From Clostridiales bacterium (lineage in GTDB: Bacteria; Bacillota; Clostridia; Christensenellales; CAG-138), in NCBI GenBank assembly GCA_918244965.1, contig CAKJYC010000021.1, forward strand, positions 14,619-78,618: a stretch of 64,000 nt of DNA. The letters run 5' to 3'. The notes under the pieces are model-generated. The model was given only the letters and a program-made list of their open reading frames with translations. It was not told the DNA's origin and searched no databases. The position numbers and the translations under genes were made by a program. Every line of letters begins with the position of its first letter. Position 1 is the first letter of the stretch. Shown in pieces: positions 17,758-25,567 of the stretch.

Positions 17758-18288
17758 ATGAACATTCGTGTACTGAATTCGGATTCACGCCGCATCACAG
17801 AATGGAGCGGCGGAAGTACGACCGAGCTTTTCCTGTATCCGTCGGGCGGATCATATGCAGAGCGACGGTTTCAGATCCGCATCAGCTCCGCTTCTGTAGA
17901 TCTGCCTGAATCGCATTTCACGCGGCTGGACGGTGTTGTACGGTATCTGACGCCGCTGTGCGACGGGTTTTACCTGAAACGAAACAACAACTGGCAGTAT
18001 TTACCGCGCGGCGACGTTTTGCAATTCTCCGGAGAAGAAGACATCCTTTGCCGCGGGACCGGACGCGATCTCAATCTGATGCTGAAGGGTGCGCGCGGTG
18101 AAATGCGCGTTCTGCCGAAGGGGGATCACGCGCTGACGCTGCACACGTTTCTGTTCCTGTATTGCCCGCAGGAAACATACGTGAATGGTTCCCTGCTTTC
18201 CGCGGACAGCTTTGCAGAGATCACAAAAGCAGGCTTCGAGACGCTGAAGCTCTCTTCACCTGCCGTACTCTTTACTGCCGATATGTGA
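17758..18288 (+). CDS. HutD/Ves-family (cupin-like) protein
   Basis: 176 aa. N-terminal ...EWSGGSTTELFLYP... pattern resembles HutD. GGAGG SD. Confidence 0.5.
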   Translation: MNIRVLNSDSRRITEWSGGSTTELFLYPSGGSYAERRFQIRISSASVDLPESHFTRLDGVVRYLTPLCDGFYLKRNNNWQYLPRGDVLQFSGEEDILCRGTGRDLNLMLKGARGEMRVLPKGDHALTLHTFLFLYCPQETYVNGSLLSADSFAEITKAGFETLKLSSPAVLFTADM

Positions 18289-18298
18289 TCGTATTCGC

Positions 18299-18508
18299 TC
18301 AAAGATCCTCGTCATCCTCGCGCCCGTCGCCCTGCGCTTCACGCAGAAGCGCGAGCATCCGCAGCGATTCGAGATCGAGCGGCTGTCCTCCGGACGTACC
18401 GATGCACGCGGAACAGACATTGAAGCATTCCGGGCAGATACAGCGGCTCTGCACGCCCTTTTCATCCTGGACCATATAGGCTCCGCAACGTTGACAGCTG
18501 CAGCGCAT
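18299..18508 (-). CDS. small Cys-rich zinc-ribbon protein with acidic tail (69 aa)
   Basis: MRCSCQRCGAYMVQDEKGVQSRCICPECFNVCSAC...; GGAGGTGA SD 6 nt before ATG 18508, so the track start 18556 was trimmed. Confidence 0.6.
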   Translation of the reverse strand: MRCSCQRCGAYMVQDEKGVQSRCICPECFNVCSACIGTSGGQPLDLESLRMLALLREAQGDGREDDEDL

Positions 18509-18549
18509 CGAATCACCTCCATGGTTCATTGTATCACCGAAATCCATAC

Positions 18550-18578
18550 TTTTCAAGCCGTTGCAAGTATGTTATAAT
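18550..18578 (+). promoter_or_regulatory. promoter TTTTCA-N17-TGtTATAAT, ending 6 nt before ATG 18585
   Basis: Read directly. No SD between the -10 box and the ATG. Confidence 0.45.
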
Positions 18579-18584
18579 TCTGCT

Positions 18585-19304
18585 ATGAAACGCTTCCTTC
18601 CGATTCTTCTCGTTCTTCTTCTGTTGCCGGTCTTCGGCATCAGCATAGGCGACGAGGGTAAACTGATGATTCAGGGCGACAAGGGCGAAGAGGTCGTTCG
18701 CGTGCAAACGCGACTCTTCGACCTCGGTTATTATACGTATAAACCGACCGGCAGCTTTCGTACCGTCACAAAAACCGCGGTCGTCACTTATCAGGCGGAA
18801 TCCGGCTTGATGAGCGACGGCAGTGTGGGACAGGAGACACTGACTGCGCTGTTCTCCCGCAACGCAAAGCGCGTTGACTTTCATGCAGCGATCCCGCTCT
18901 CCTATACCGCACAGGGAGTGATCAATGAAAAGGGCAATCTGATTACGTGGAAAGTCATTCGTCCGAAGCTCGTCGAAGGAAATTTGTATCGCATACGGAA
19001 TGCTGCGACCGCTGAAGAACTGCAGCTGGTATTTGAATCCGGCGAAAGCCATGCGGATATGAAGGTTCCGGTCAAGCTTGCCGAATACTGGAACGCAAAA
19101 GCCATGCTGCACAAATGGCTTGGCGATACGAACAGCTTCTATAAATGCGCTGTGTTATTTGAGCTTGACGGTCAATGGATCGCTGCTTCGATGCAATGGA
19201 ACGGCGACAATCGCATCTGCGTCTATTTCAAGGACAGCCTGTCGCATGTACTGCGCCTTCCGGATATCGAACACAATGCCAATATTCAAAAAGCGGGAAG
19301 CTGA
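18585..19304 (+). CDS. secreted peptidoglycan-binding-domain protein
   Basis: Signal peptide MKRFLPILLVLLLLPVFG. PG_binding_1-like repeat (GDKGEEVVRVQTRLFDLGYY...SDGSVGQETLTALF). C-terminal ~140 aa unassigned. Confidence 0.7.
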   Translation: MKRFLPILLVLLLLPVFGISIGDEGKLMIQGDKGEEVVRVQTRLFDLGYYTYKPTGSFRTVTKTAVVTYQAESGLMSDGSVGQETLTALFSRNAKRVDFHAAIPLSYTAQGVINEKGNLITWKVIRPKLVEGNLYRIRNAATAEELQLVFESGESHADMKVPVKLAEYWNAKAMLHKWLGDTNSFYKCAVLFELDGQWIAASMQWNGDNRICVYFKDSLSHVLRLPDIEHNANIQKAGS

Positions 19305-19314
19305 TTCCCGCTTT
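19290..19314. terminator. bidirectional hairpin between convergent genes
   Basis: AAAGCGGGA-N7-TCCCGCTTT flanked by A and T runs. Confidence 0.55.
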
Positions 19315-19317
19315 GTT

Positions 19318-20118
19318 TTATACATGTCCGATCAGGAACTCGACGTCGATTGTGATTTCGTTCAGCTTTTCAGGCTCCAGTTCTTCAGCATTCACGCCGA
19401 AGGTCAGCGGCGTCATGCGCAGGAATTCCGTCGCCTGCTGCCTGTTCAATGAGAACGAATCCGTTAAGCGTACCCGTTGTGAAAGCTGAAAACGCTCGGA
19501 AAGATGCGTCACAACCGAATCGTTGGAGTATCGCTCTTTACGCAGTCGATCCCCCATCCGCACACGGATCTCCTTCAGATACCCTTCCTGCGGCACCAGC
19601 TTCAAAAGCCGTCCGTCCGGCTTCAGAACGCGCGCAAACTCTGTGTAATGTGCGGGAGAAAACAGATTCAGAATTACATCCGCGGATGCGTCCCGCAGCG
19701 GGATCCTTGTCAGGTCCCCGACCATCCATAGAACCGTACCGCCGCCGCTCGCCGCAAGACGGATCGCGTCCTTGCTGAGATCAAGACCGATGGTCGTATC
19801 GCTCTTCAACGCCTTGGTAAACGTACCGTCACCGCATCCCGCGTCAAGTACGACGGATGATTCCGGCACGTACTGTTTGATCGTTTCGACGATACGGTTG
19901 TAAAACCCGCCCTCCAGAATGCTCCTTCGCGCTGTAAATAATGTTTGATCGTATCTGGACGGCGCTGCATTCGGCGCAAAATTGACGTATCCTCTTCTCG
20001 ACGGATCGAAGGCATGGCCGTTTTTGCATCGCAGCGAGGATCCGCATCGTGAAAACGCCGTCCCGCAAAAGGGACAGCGCAACAGCTCGATGTGTTCAAA
20101 AAACTTATCTGCGCTCAC
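19318..20118 (-). CDS. rlmA: 23S rRNA (guanine-N1)-methyltransferase RlmA-like SAM methyltransferase
   Basis: N-terminal Zn-ribbon LRCPFCG...LRCKNGHAFD..RGYVNF followed by the SAM fold (VLDAGCGDG). Confidence 0.75.
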   Translation of the reverse strand: MSADKFFEHIELLRCPFCGTAFSRCGSSLRCKNGHAFDPSRRGYVNFAPNAAPSRYDQTLFTARRSILEGGFYNRIVETIKQYVPESSVVLDAGCGDGTFTKALKSDTTIGLDLSKDAIRLAASGGGTVLWMVGDLTRIPLRDASADVILNLFSPAHYTEFARVLKPDGRLLKLVPQEGYLKEIRVRMGDRLRKERYSNDSVVTHLSERFQLSQRVRLTDSFSLNRQQATEFLRMTPLTFGVNAEELEPEKLNEITIDVEFLIGHV

Positions 20119-20417
20119 GGCTGTTTTTGATCCGGCGCATCCTCAAACTCGAATGCTTCTGTCGGCAGCTCAGGCTCCGGAACGGGCGGGTTCTCGGCTT
20201 CTTCCTTTGCCGCCATTTCCTTTTCTCGGCGGCGACGGATCGAGCGCGCAAATTCATCGCTGATCAGGAACAGGATCACAACGCCGACCATCGGATAGGT
20301 CAGAACGGTCACATCCTTGCCGATGATCTTCAGGACCAGGATCACGATCAGCAGCGCCGCGCCGATCGAACCGAGTACGATCTCTGCCGTTTTCCAGAAT
20401 GTTTCATGGTTCTTCAT
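20115..20417 (-). CDS. small two-TM membrane protein with acidic C-terminal tail
   Basis: Two hydrophobic helices. GGAGG SD. 4-nt overlap with the rlmA start. Confidence 0.55.
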   Translation of the reverse strand: MKNHETFWKTAEIVLGSIGAALLIVILVLKIIGKDVTVLTYPMVGVVILFLISDEFARSIRRRREKEMAAKEEAENPPVPEPELPTEAFEFEDAPDQKQP

Positions 20418-20440
20418 GCGGTACCTCCGTAAGGTTCATT

Positions 20441-21307
20441 TCAAATCCAGTTCTGCCGGACTGCTTCTTCGGCGATCCCTTCCATGCCGTCGCGATCGGA
20501 CGGGATGACGCAGTCCGTATTTGTACGAAGCATCATGTATTTCAGAATCGTCGCTCCCTGCAGAATAATATCGCTGCGTCGATACAGCAGCGGCATCTGC
20601 ATCCGTATAAACAACGGAACGGATGCAAGCTCCTCTGTCAGCCGGTACAGCTTCGGGATCGTAATCGGCTCCAGCGAATGCGGATCGTAGAATTTCTGGT
20701 TGGCAAGCAGCGCACCGATCGTACTGATCGTTCCGCCTACGCCGTAAACAGGTTTCGGAACACCGGCATGCACATCGCCGTACGCATCCATCCAGGGAAA
20801 CAGCTTGTCCTCAAGAGCCTTCGGATCGGATTCGCTGCACTGTTCCTTGGCGCGGACACATCCGCACGGAACGCTCAATGCACGATTCTTTGTTACGATC
20901 TGAAAGCTGCCGCCGCCGATGTCAAACACAGTGCCTTCGCCGCCGGCGACGGCGTCAAACGCAAATTTACCTTCCTCTTCGCCGGACAATACGCGTACCT
21001 GCAAACCGGTATCGCGCTTCACGCGGTCGACAAATGCATCACGGTTCTTCGCATCGCGGACTGCACTGGTCGCATAGGCAAGAACAGGCGCGCCGATCAT
21101 GGCAGCTTGTTTCTGGAAGTCGATGATTGCACGAACGGAATCCGCAATGCGGTCCTCTGCGAGATAATGTGTCTCGTCGATGCCTTTGGCCAGACGTGTG
21201 GTTGTGATCGATTTAGATATAGATTTTACACGTCCGTCCGTGACCGATGCGATCATCAGCCGGATGGAATTGCTGCCGATATCAATGATCGCAATAAACC
21301 GAATCAT
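20441..21307 (-). CDS. Ppx/GppA-family phosphatase (short, ASKHA domains only)
   Basis: N-terminal IIDIGSNSIRLMI and DIGGGS motifs. Confidence 0.75.
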   Translation of the reverse strand: MIRFIAIIDIGSNSIRLMIASVTDGRVKSISKSITTTRLAKGIDETHYLAEDRIADSVRAIIDFQKQAAMIGAPVLAYATSAVRDAKNRDAFVDRVKRDTGLQVRVLSGEEEGKFAFDAVAGGEGTVFDIGGGSFQIVTKNRALSVPCGCVRAKEQCSESDPKALEDKLFPWMDAYGDVHAGVPKPVYGVGGTISTIGALLANQKFYDPHSLEPITIPKLYRLTEELASVPLFIRMQMPLLYRRSDIILQGATILKYMMLRTNTDCVIPSDRDGMEGIAEEAVRQNWI

Positions 21308-21624
21308 TCCGTCACCGTCACTGCGCTTTCATCCAGGATGATAACGTCATCCTGATAATGCCATCCGTATTTGATCATGCCCTGTTGGATCTTATACGCG
21401 TCGGTCCGCATAAACTGCAGATTCTCGCGTTCCTGCGCATAGGTACGCTTGGTCTGATTCAGCTCGTCCACACGTGCCTGATACTCGTCTTTCGCGCTGT
21501 GAATGCGAAGGCGCTGCGGAATCAGCACCACAAACAAGATCACAACGCATGCGATCAGAACAAGGATAAAATGTATGAATTTGAAATGGATCGTTCTTAC
21601 GATCCGCTTCGTCTTTTTTTCCAT
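21304..21624 (-). CDS. divIC: septum formation initiator (DivIC/FtsB family)
   Basis: Short basic N-terminus, one TM helix, then a coiled coil (KDEYQARVDELNQTKRTYAQERENLQ). Conserved position after yabP-yabQ. ATG 21624 was chosen because the track extension overlaps yabQ. Confidence 0.75.
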   Translation of the reverse strand: MEKKTKRIVRTIHFKFIHFILVLIACVVILFVVLIPQRLRIHSAKDEYQARVDELNQTKRTYAQERENLQFMRTDAYKIQQGMIKYGWHYQDDVIILDESAVTVTE

Positions 21625-21631
21625 ACATGGT

Positions 21632-21640
21632 AGTATAACA
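21632..21640 (-). promoter_or_regulatory. extended -10 box (TGtTATACT) ending 7 nt before the divIC ATG
   Basis: Minus strand reads ...GGTATCTGTTATACTACCATGTATG. No SD and a weak -35. Confidence 0.4.
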
Positions 21641-21661
21641 GATACCGATCCAAAACGGAAC

Positions 21662-21967
21662 CTATTTTTTGCGGATTTTTTGTATAATTCTTGCAAACAA
21701 AGGACCGAAGACCGTGTAAACCGCAACAAATCCGAGTATAAATGCAACGATCAGAAATCCGCGGACCGTTCCGTAATTTGCCAGATAAAGGTATCCGGAC
21801 AAAACTGCGAACAGTATCAGCACGAACAGCGCATCATACACGTGCGTCAGGATACGCGACTCCGTTGCGTTTCTGAAGCAGCGCAGCAGCAGATATACGA
21901 TTCCGGTGACAGCGCCGCCGTGAAACAGCAAAAGCGCTTCATACGGCTGCGCAAATACGTCGATCAT
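21662..21967 (-). CDS. yabQ: spore cortex biosynthesis membrane protein YabQ
   Basis: ~100-aa polytopic membrane protein between yabP and divIC (Bacillus-type synteny). Confidence 0.65.
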   Translation of the reverse strand: MIDVFAQPYEALLLFHGGAVTGIVYLLLRCFRNATESRILTHVYDALFVLILFAVLSGYLYLANYGTVRGFLIVAFILGFVAVYTVFGPLFARIIQKIRKK

Positions 21968-22248
21968 TTCCGTTTGAAGAAGAGCGGCTTCCGTTCCGGT
22001 TCGGACTGTTCATACTCAATCGAAACAATGCTCCCCTCCAGCAAAACCTGTCCGTCCTCCGGATTCAGCTTGCCGAGCTTCAGTCCCTCGCCCCAGATCG
22101 ACAGCAAACCGGCCTGTGTCAGCACCGTCAGTTCATCCTCCTGAAAGCTCTGGACCTCCGTTACGCCCGTAATGCGAACGCGTCTGCGTCCTTCGATCAA
22201 TACCGTATGCGGCATCGGCTGCATGAGTTCTTTTTCGTGTTTTTCCAT
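21964..22248 (-). CDS. yabP: sporulation protein YabP
   Basis: ...LIEGRRRVRITGVTEVQSFQEDELTVLT..G.L.I.GEGL.... pattern. GGAGG SD. Confidence 0.8.
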   Translation of the reverse strand: MEKHEKELMQPMPHTVLIEGRRRVRITGVTEVQSFQEDELTVLTQAGLLSIWGEGLKLGKLNPEDGQVLLEGSIVSIEYEQSEPERKPLFFKRK

Positions 22249-22342
22249 ATATGTACCTCCATGCCTTTGCTGTATTCTATGCGCTGTATGTGCATCCTAC
22301 GCGCAAAAAATGATCGAATCAGTACGAATTTTTCCGAAATGC

Positions 22343-22371
22343 TTGACAAGTTTTTTCTTCGTCCATAAAAT
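22343..22371 (+). promoter_or_regulatory. sigma-A type promoter for rho (TTGACA-N17-TAAAAT)
   Basis: Read directly in the AT-richer divergent spacer. Confidence 0.55.
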
Positions 22372-22445
22372 AGGAATCAGGATTCCCGTTGTTCAATATC
22401 CTGTTTTATACCAAATCATTTCATTCTATATTTCGGAGGCAATTT

Positions 22446-24071
22446 GTGAATCAAACTGAATTATCCGCGAAAACGATCAACGAGCTGTATGCTCTTGCCA
22501 AACAGCACGGTATTCCTTCCTATCGCAAATATAAAAAGGCGCAGCTGATCGAAATGCTGCAGCAGCCTGCTCCCGTGCAGAAAAAGCGCGGAAGACCTGC
22601 AAAGTCCAAATCCGACGAAGCTCCGCAGGCAAAGCCTGCGTCTGCGGAAGAAGCAAAGCCGGAAGAACCGAGCCAAAAGGCAGAAGAGCCGAAGCGCGAG
22701 CCCGAACATTCCCAGACGTCTGAAAAGCCGCAAACGGAACAGCGTGCGCCGCGGATGAACAACGGTCGGCATATGCAGAACAATCGCCAGAATCAAAACC
22801 GTTCGTATCGGAAAGACTATTCCAATCGTCAGAATCATCATGCACAGGAAAACGAGCAAAAGCCCGAAAAGTCCGCCGAGCCTGTTCAGCTGCCGGAAAC
22901 CGGCACGGCTGCAGGCGTACTGGAGATCATGGAAGGCTACGGATTTTTGCGTGTGACCAACTATGACGCCGGCCCCAACGACGTGTATGTTGCCAATGCA
23001 CAGATCCGCCGCTGCAATCTGAAAAACGGCGATTTCGTTGAAGGACGTACCCGTGCGCGCCGCGAAGGAGACAAATACGAAGCGCTGCTGTATGTCGATC
23101 GTGTCAACGGCAGAGATCCCGATGAAAACGCACAGCATCGCGTCAATTATGAGGACCTCGTCCCTATCTTCCCGAACGAGCGTTATACGCTCGAAACGCC
23201 GGGACGGGTCAACAATCTATCCGTTCGCCTCATTGACCTGATCGCACCGATCGGCAAGGGACAGCGCGCGATGATCGTATCGCAGCCGAAGGCAGGTAAG
23301 ACGACGCTCTTAAAGCAGATCGCAAACGGCATTACGGAAAACTATCCCGACACGCACCTGATCGTACTGCTGATCGACGAACGTCCGGAAGAAGTGACCG
23401 ATATGCGCCGCAGCATCAAAGGAGAGGTCGTCTCCTCTACCTTCGACGAGCTGCCTGAGCATCACACCCGTATTGCCGAAATGGTGCAAGAACGCGCCAT
23501 GCGTCTGGTTGAGGACGGCCGCGACGTCGTGATCCTTTTGGACTCGCTCACCCGCCTGACCCGCGCGTACAACCTTGTCATTCCTCCGACCGGCAGAACG
23601 CTTTCCGGCGGCATGGATCCCGGTGCGCTGCACAAGCCGAAGCGGTTCTTCGGCGCTGCCAGAAACATCGAAAACGGCGGCAGCCTGACCGTAATCGCCA
23701 CCGCGCTTGTAGAGACCGGCAGCCGTATGGATGACATTGTATACGAAGAGTTCAAGGGCACCGGCAATATGGAGATACATCTTGACCGCAAGCTCAGCGA
23801 AAAGCGCATCTTTCCCGCGATTGATGTGTACAAATCCGGTACAAGGCGCGACGATCTGCTGCTGACCCAGCAGGAGCTCGACGGTGTGCGTATGCTTCGG
23901 CGTGTGCTGGCAAACGGCGCTACCGGCGACGTGACCGAGAACATCGTCAACATGATGGATAAGACTTCAAACAACGAAGACTTCCTCATTCGTTTAAAGG
24001 AATGGGTACGCATCTTTGAAAAGGAAGGCTATTCCTCCCACGGTCAGCAGAACCGGTATGGGCAGTCATAA
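22446..24071 (+). CDS. rho: transcription termination factor Rho with ~110-aa N-terminal insertion
   Basis: GTG start with GGAGG SD 6 nt upstream. N-terminal helix bundle, then the insertion, then CSD-like RNA-binding domain (GVLEIMEGYGFLR). Walker A PKAGKTTLL. RecA-type ATPase domain. Confidence 0.92.
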   Translation: MNQTELSAKTINELYALAKQHGIPSYRKYKKAQLIEMLQQPAPVQKKRGRPAKSKSDEAPQAKPASAEEAKPEEPSQKAEEPKREPEHSQTSEKPQTEQRAPRMNNGRHMQNNRQNQNRSYRKDYSNRQNHHAQENEQKPEKSAEPVQLPETGTAAGVLEIMEGYGFLRVTNYDAGPNDVYVANAQIRRCNLKNGDFVEGRTRARREGDKYEALLYVDRVNGRDPDENAQHRVNYEDLVPIFPNERYTLETPGRVNNLSVRLIDLIAPIGKGQRAMIVSQPKAGKTTLLKQIANGITENYPDTHLIVLLIDERPEEVTDMRRSIKGEVVSSTFDELPEHHTRIAEMVQERAMRLVEDGRDVVILLDSLTRLTRAYNLVIPPTGRTLSGGMDPGALHKPKRFFGAARNIENGGSLTVIATALVETGSRMDDIVYEEFKGTGNMEIHLDRKLSEKRIFPAIDVYKSGTRRDDLLLTQQELDGVRMLRRVLANGATGDVTENIVNMMDKTSNNEDFLIRLKEWVRIFEKEGYSSHGQQNRYGQS

Positions 24072-24099
24072 AAAGTTTACAAACCCGCAAAAATATATC

Positions 24100-24127
24100 T
24101 TGCTTTTTTGGTACAGCATGGTATAAT
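24100..24127 (+). promoter_or_regulatory. promoter for rpmE (TTGCTT-N16-TGgTATAAT)
   Basis: Read directly. Confidence 0.6.
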
Positions 24128-24168
24128 AACCAACGGTAATGCATTACACGACGAAGGAGTGATAATAC

Positions 24169-24366
24169 ATGAAGAAAAATATTCATCCGTCTTACGGCGA
24201 AGCGGTCGTGCGCTGTGCCTGCGGCGAAACCTTCCTTACCGGCTCTACCAAGGGCGAACTGAAGGTTGAAATCTGCAGCAAGTGCCATCCGTTCTTTACG
24301 GGCCGTCAGAAGCTGGTCGACAGTGGCGGACGAGTAGATCGCTTCAAGAAGCGCTACGGTCTGTAA
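24169..24366 (+). CDS. rpmE: 50S ribosomal protein L31 (Zn-binding type)
   Basis: MKKNIHP...CACGE...[10 protein letters not shown] motif. AAGGAG SD. Confidence 0.95.
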   Translation: MKKNIHPSYGEAVVRCACGETFLTGSTKGELKVEICSKCHPFFTGRQKLVDSGGRVDRFKKRYGL

Positions 24367-24391
24367 GAACAACTTTGAACTCCAACAAAAC

Positions 24392-24420
24392 ACGGAATCG
24401 CGATCTGCGGTTCCGTTTTT
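24392..24420 (+). terminator. intrinsic terminator after rpmE
   Basis: ACGGAA...TTCCGT hairpin plus TTTTT. Confidence 0.65.
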
Positions 24421-24423
24421 GTA

Positions 24424-24452
24424 TTGCTTTTTGGTTCGGGAAGGTCTATACT
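24424..24452 (+). promoter_or_regulatory. promoter TTGCTT-N17-TATACT, ending 6 nt before the ansA ATG
   Basis: Read directly. No SD within 10 nt of the ATG. Confidence 0.5.
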
Positions 24453-24458
24453 GATTAT

Positions 24459-25460
24459 ATGAAAAAGATATTATTGATCGGAACGGGCGGCACGATCGCC
24501 TCGGAAATGACTGCTGACGGGCTTGCACCGAAGCTCGGCTCGAATCAGCTTCTGAACTACATTCCCGTCGTCAGTCAGATCTGCGATGTGGAATGCATGC
24601 AGTTGATGAGCGTCGACAGCACAAACATGACGCCGAACGACTGGCTTACGATCACCAAATGCATCGAAGCATACTATGATTCGTATGACGGATTCGTTGT
24701 CAGCCACGGCACTGACACGATGGCGTACACCGCCGCCGCGCTTTCCTACCTTGTGCGGCGGTCGAAGAAGCCGATCGTGCTGACCGGCGCGCAAAAGCCG
24801 ATCAGCATGGAGGTGACCGACTCGAAGGTAAACCTTCTGGACGCATTCACCTATGCATGCGACGATCGCGCATGCGGTGTTTCCATCGTGTTCAACGGCA
24901 GCGTCATCCTCGGCACTCGCGCGAAGAAGGTGCGGAGCAAGAGCTTTTCCGCTTTTGCCAGCATCAATTTCCCGGAGCTTGCCGTCTTGCAGGACGGCCG
25001 CGTGCTGCACTACATTGACCTCGGTTACCGCGACCGCGCAAAGTTTTCAAACAAGCTGAACGACAGCGTCGGTCTCGTCAAGCTGATTCCGGGTACAGAT
25101 GCAGGCATGCTCTCCTATGCGCTTGACCGTTACGATGCCGTCATTATCGAGAGCTTCGGCGTCGGTGGACTTCCGGAAGGTACGAACGGCTGCTTCCGCG
25201 CTGCGATCGACAAGGGCGTTGCGGCAGGCAAGCTGATCGTGATCTCCACACAAGTGCAAAATGAAGGCTCCAATCTGACCGTTTATCAGGTCGGACATGC
25301 CTTAAAGCAGCAGAATATTCTCGAAGCGTACGACATGACGACCGAAGCCGCCGTTGCAAAGCTTATGTGGATTATGGGCGAAACGCGTGATCCGGATCGC
25401 GTGCGCGAACGTTTTTATACCCCGCTGAGCCATGATATTCTGTATACCGAGGCCGAATGA
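24459..25460 (+). CDS. ansA: type I L-asparaginase
   Basis: MKKILLIGTGGTIAS (catalytic Thr motif) and HGTDTMAYTA. The track ORF extension back into rpmE has no start codon or SD and was trimmed. Confidence 0.88.
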   Translation: MKKILLIGTGGTIASEMTADGLAPKLGSNQLLNYIPVVSQICDVECMQLMSVDSTNMTPNDWLTITKCIEAYYDSYDGFVVSHGTDTMAYTAAALSYLVRRSKKPIVLTGAQKPISMEVTDSKVNLLDAFTYACDDRACGVSIVFNGSVILGTRAKKVRSKSFSAFASINFPELAVLQDGRVLHYIDLGYRDRAKFSNKLNDSVGLVKLIPGTDAGMLSYALDRYDAVIIESFGVGGLPEGTNGCFRAAIDKGVAAGKLIVISTQVQNEGSNLTVYQVGHALKQQNILEAYDMTTEAAVAKLMWIMGETRDPDRVRERFYTPLSHDILYTEAE

Positions 25461-25472
25461 TCCGAATCTTTG

Positions 25473-25500
25473 CCGCTCCGCTTGAAACGGAGCGGTTTTT
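25473..25500 (+). terminator. intrinsic terminator after ansA
   Basis: CCGCTCCG-CTTGAAA-CGGAGCGG plus TTTTT. Confidence 0.8.
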
Positions 25501-25502
25501 GA

Positions 25503-25531
25503 TTGACAAAACGCAGTTTTTTTCATAAAAT
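25503..25531 (+). promoter_or_regulatory. sigma-A type promoter (TTGACA-N17-TAAAAT) for the AlaRS-like gene
   Basis: Read directly. About 30-nt leader with no T-box. Confidence 0.6.
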
Positions 25532-25567
25532 ACAATTTGATTGTTTTATACGAAAGGAATATGGATT

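Noticed and set aside
24282-24458. Upstream extension of the ansA ORF running back through the rpmE 3' end and its terminator
   Set aside because: It contains a terminator and a promoter and has no in-frame start codon near an SD. The asparaginase family N-terminus begins at MKKILLIGTGG.
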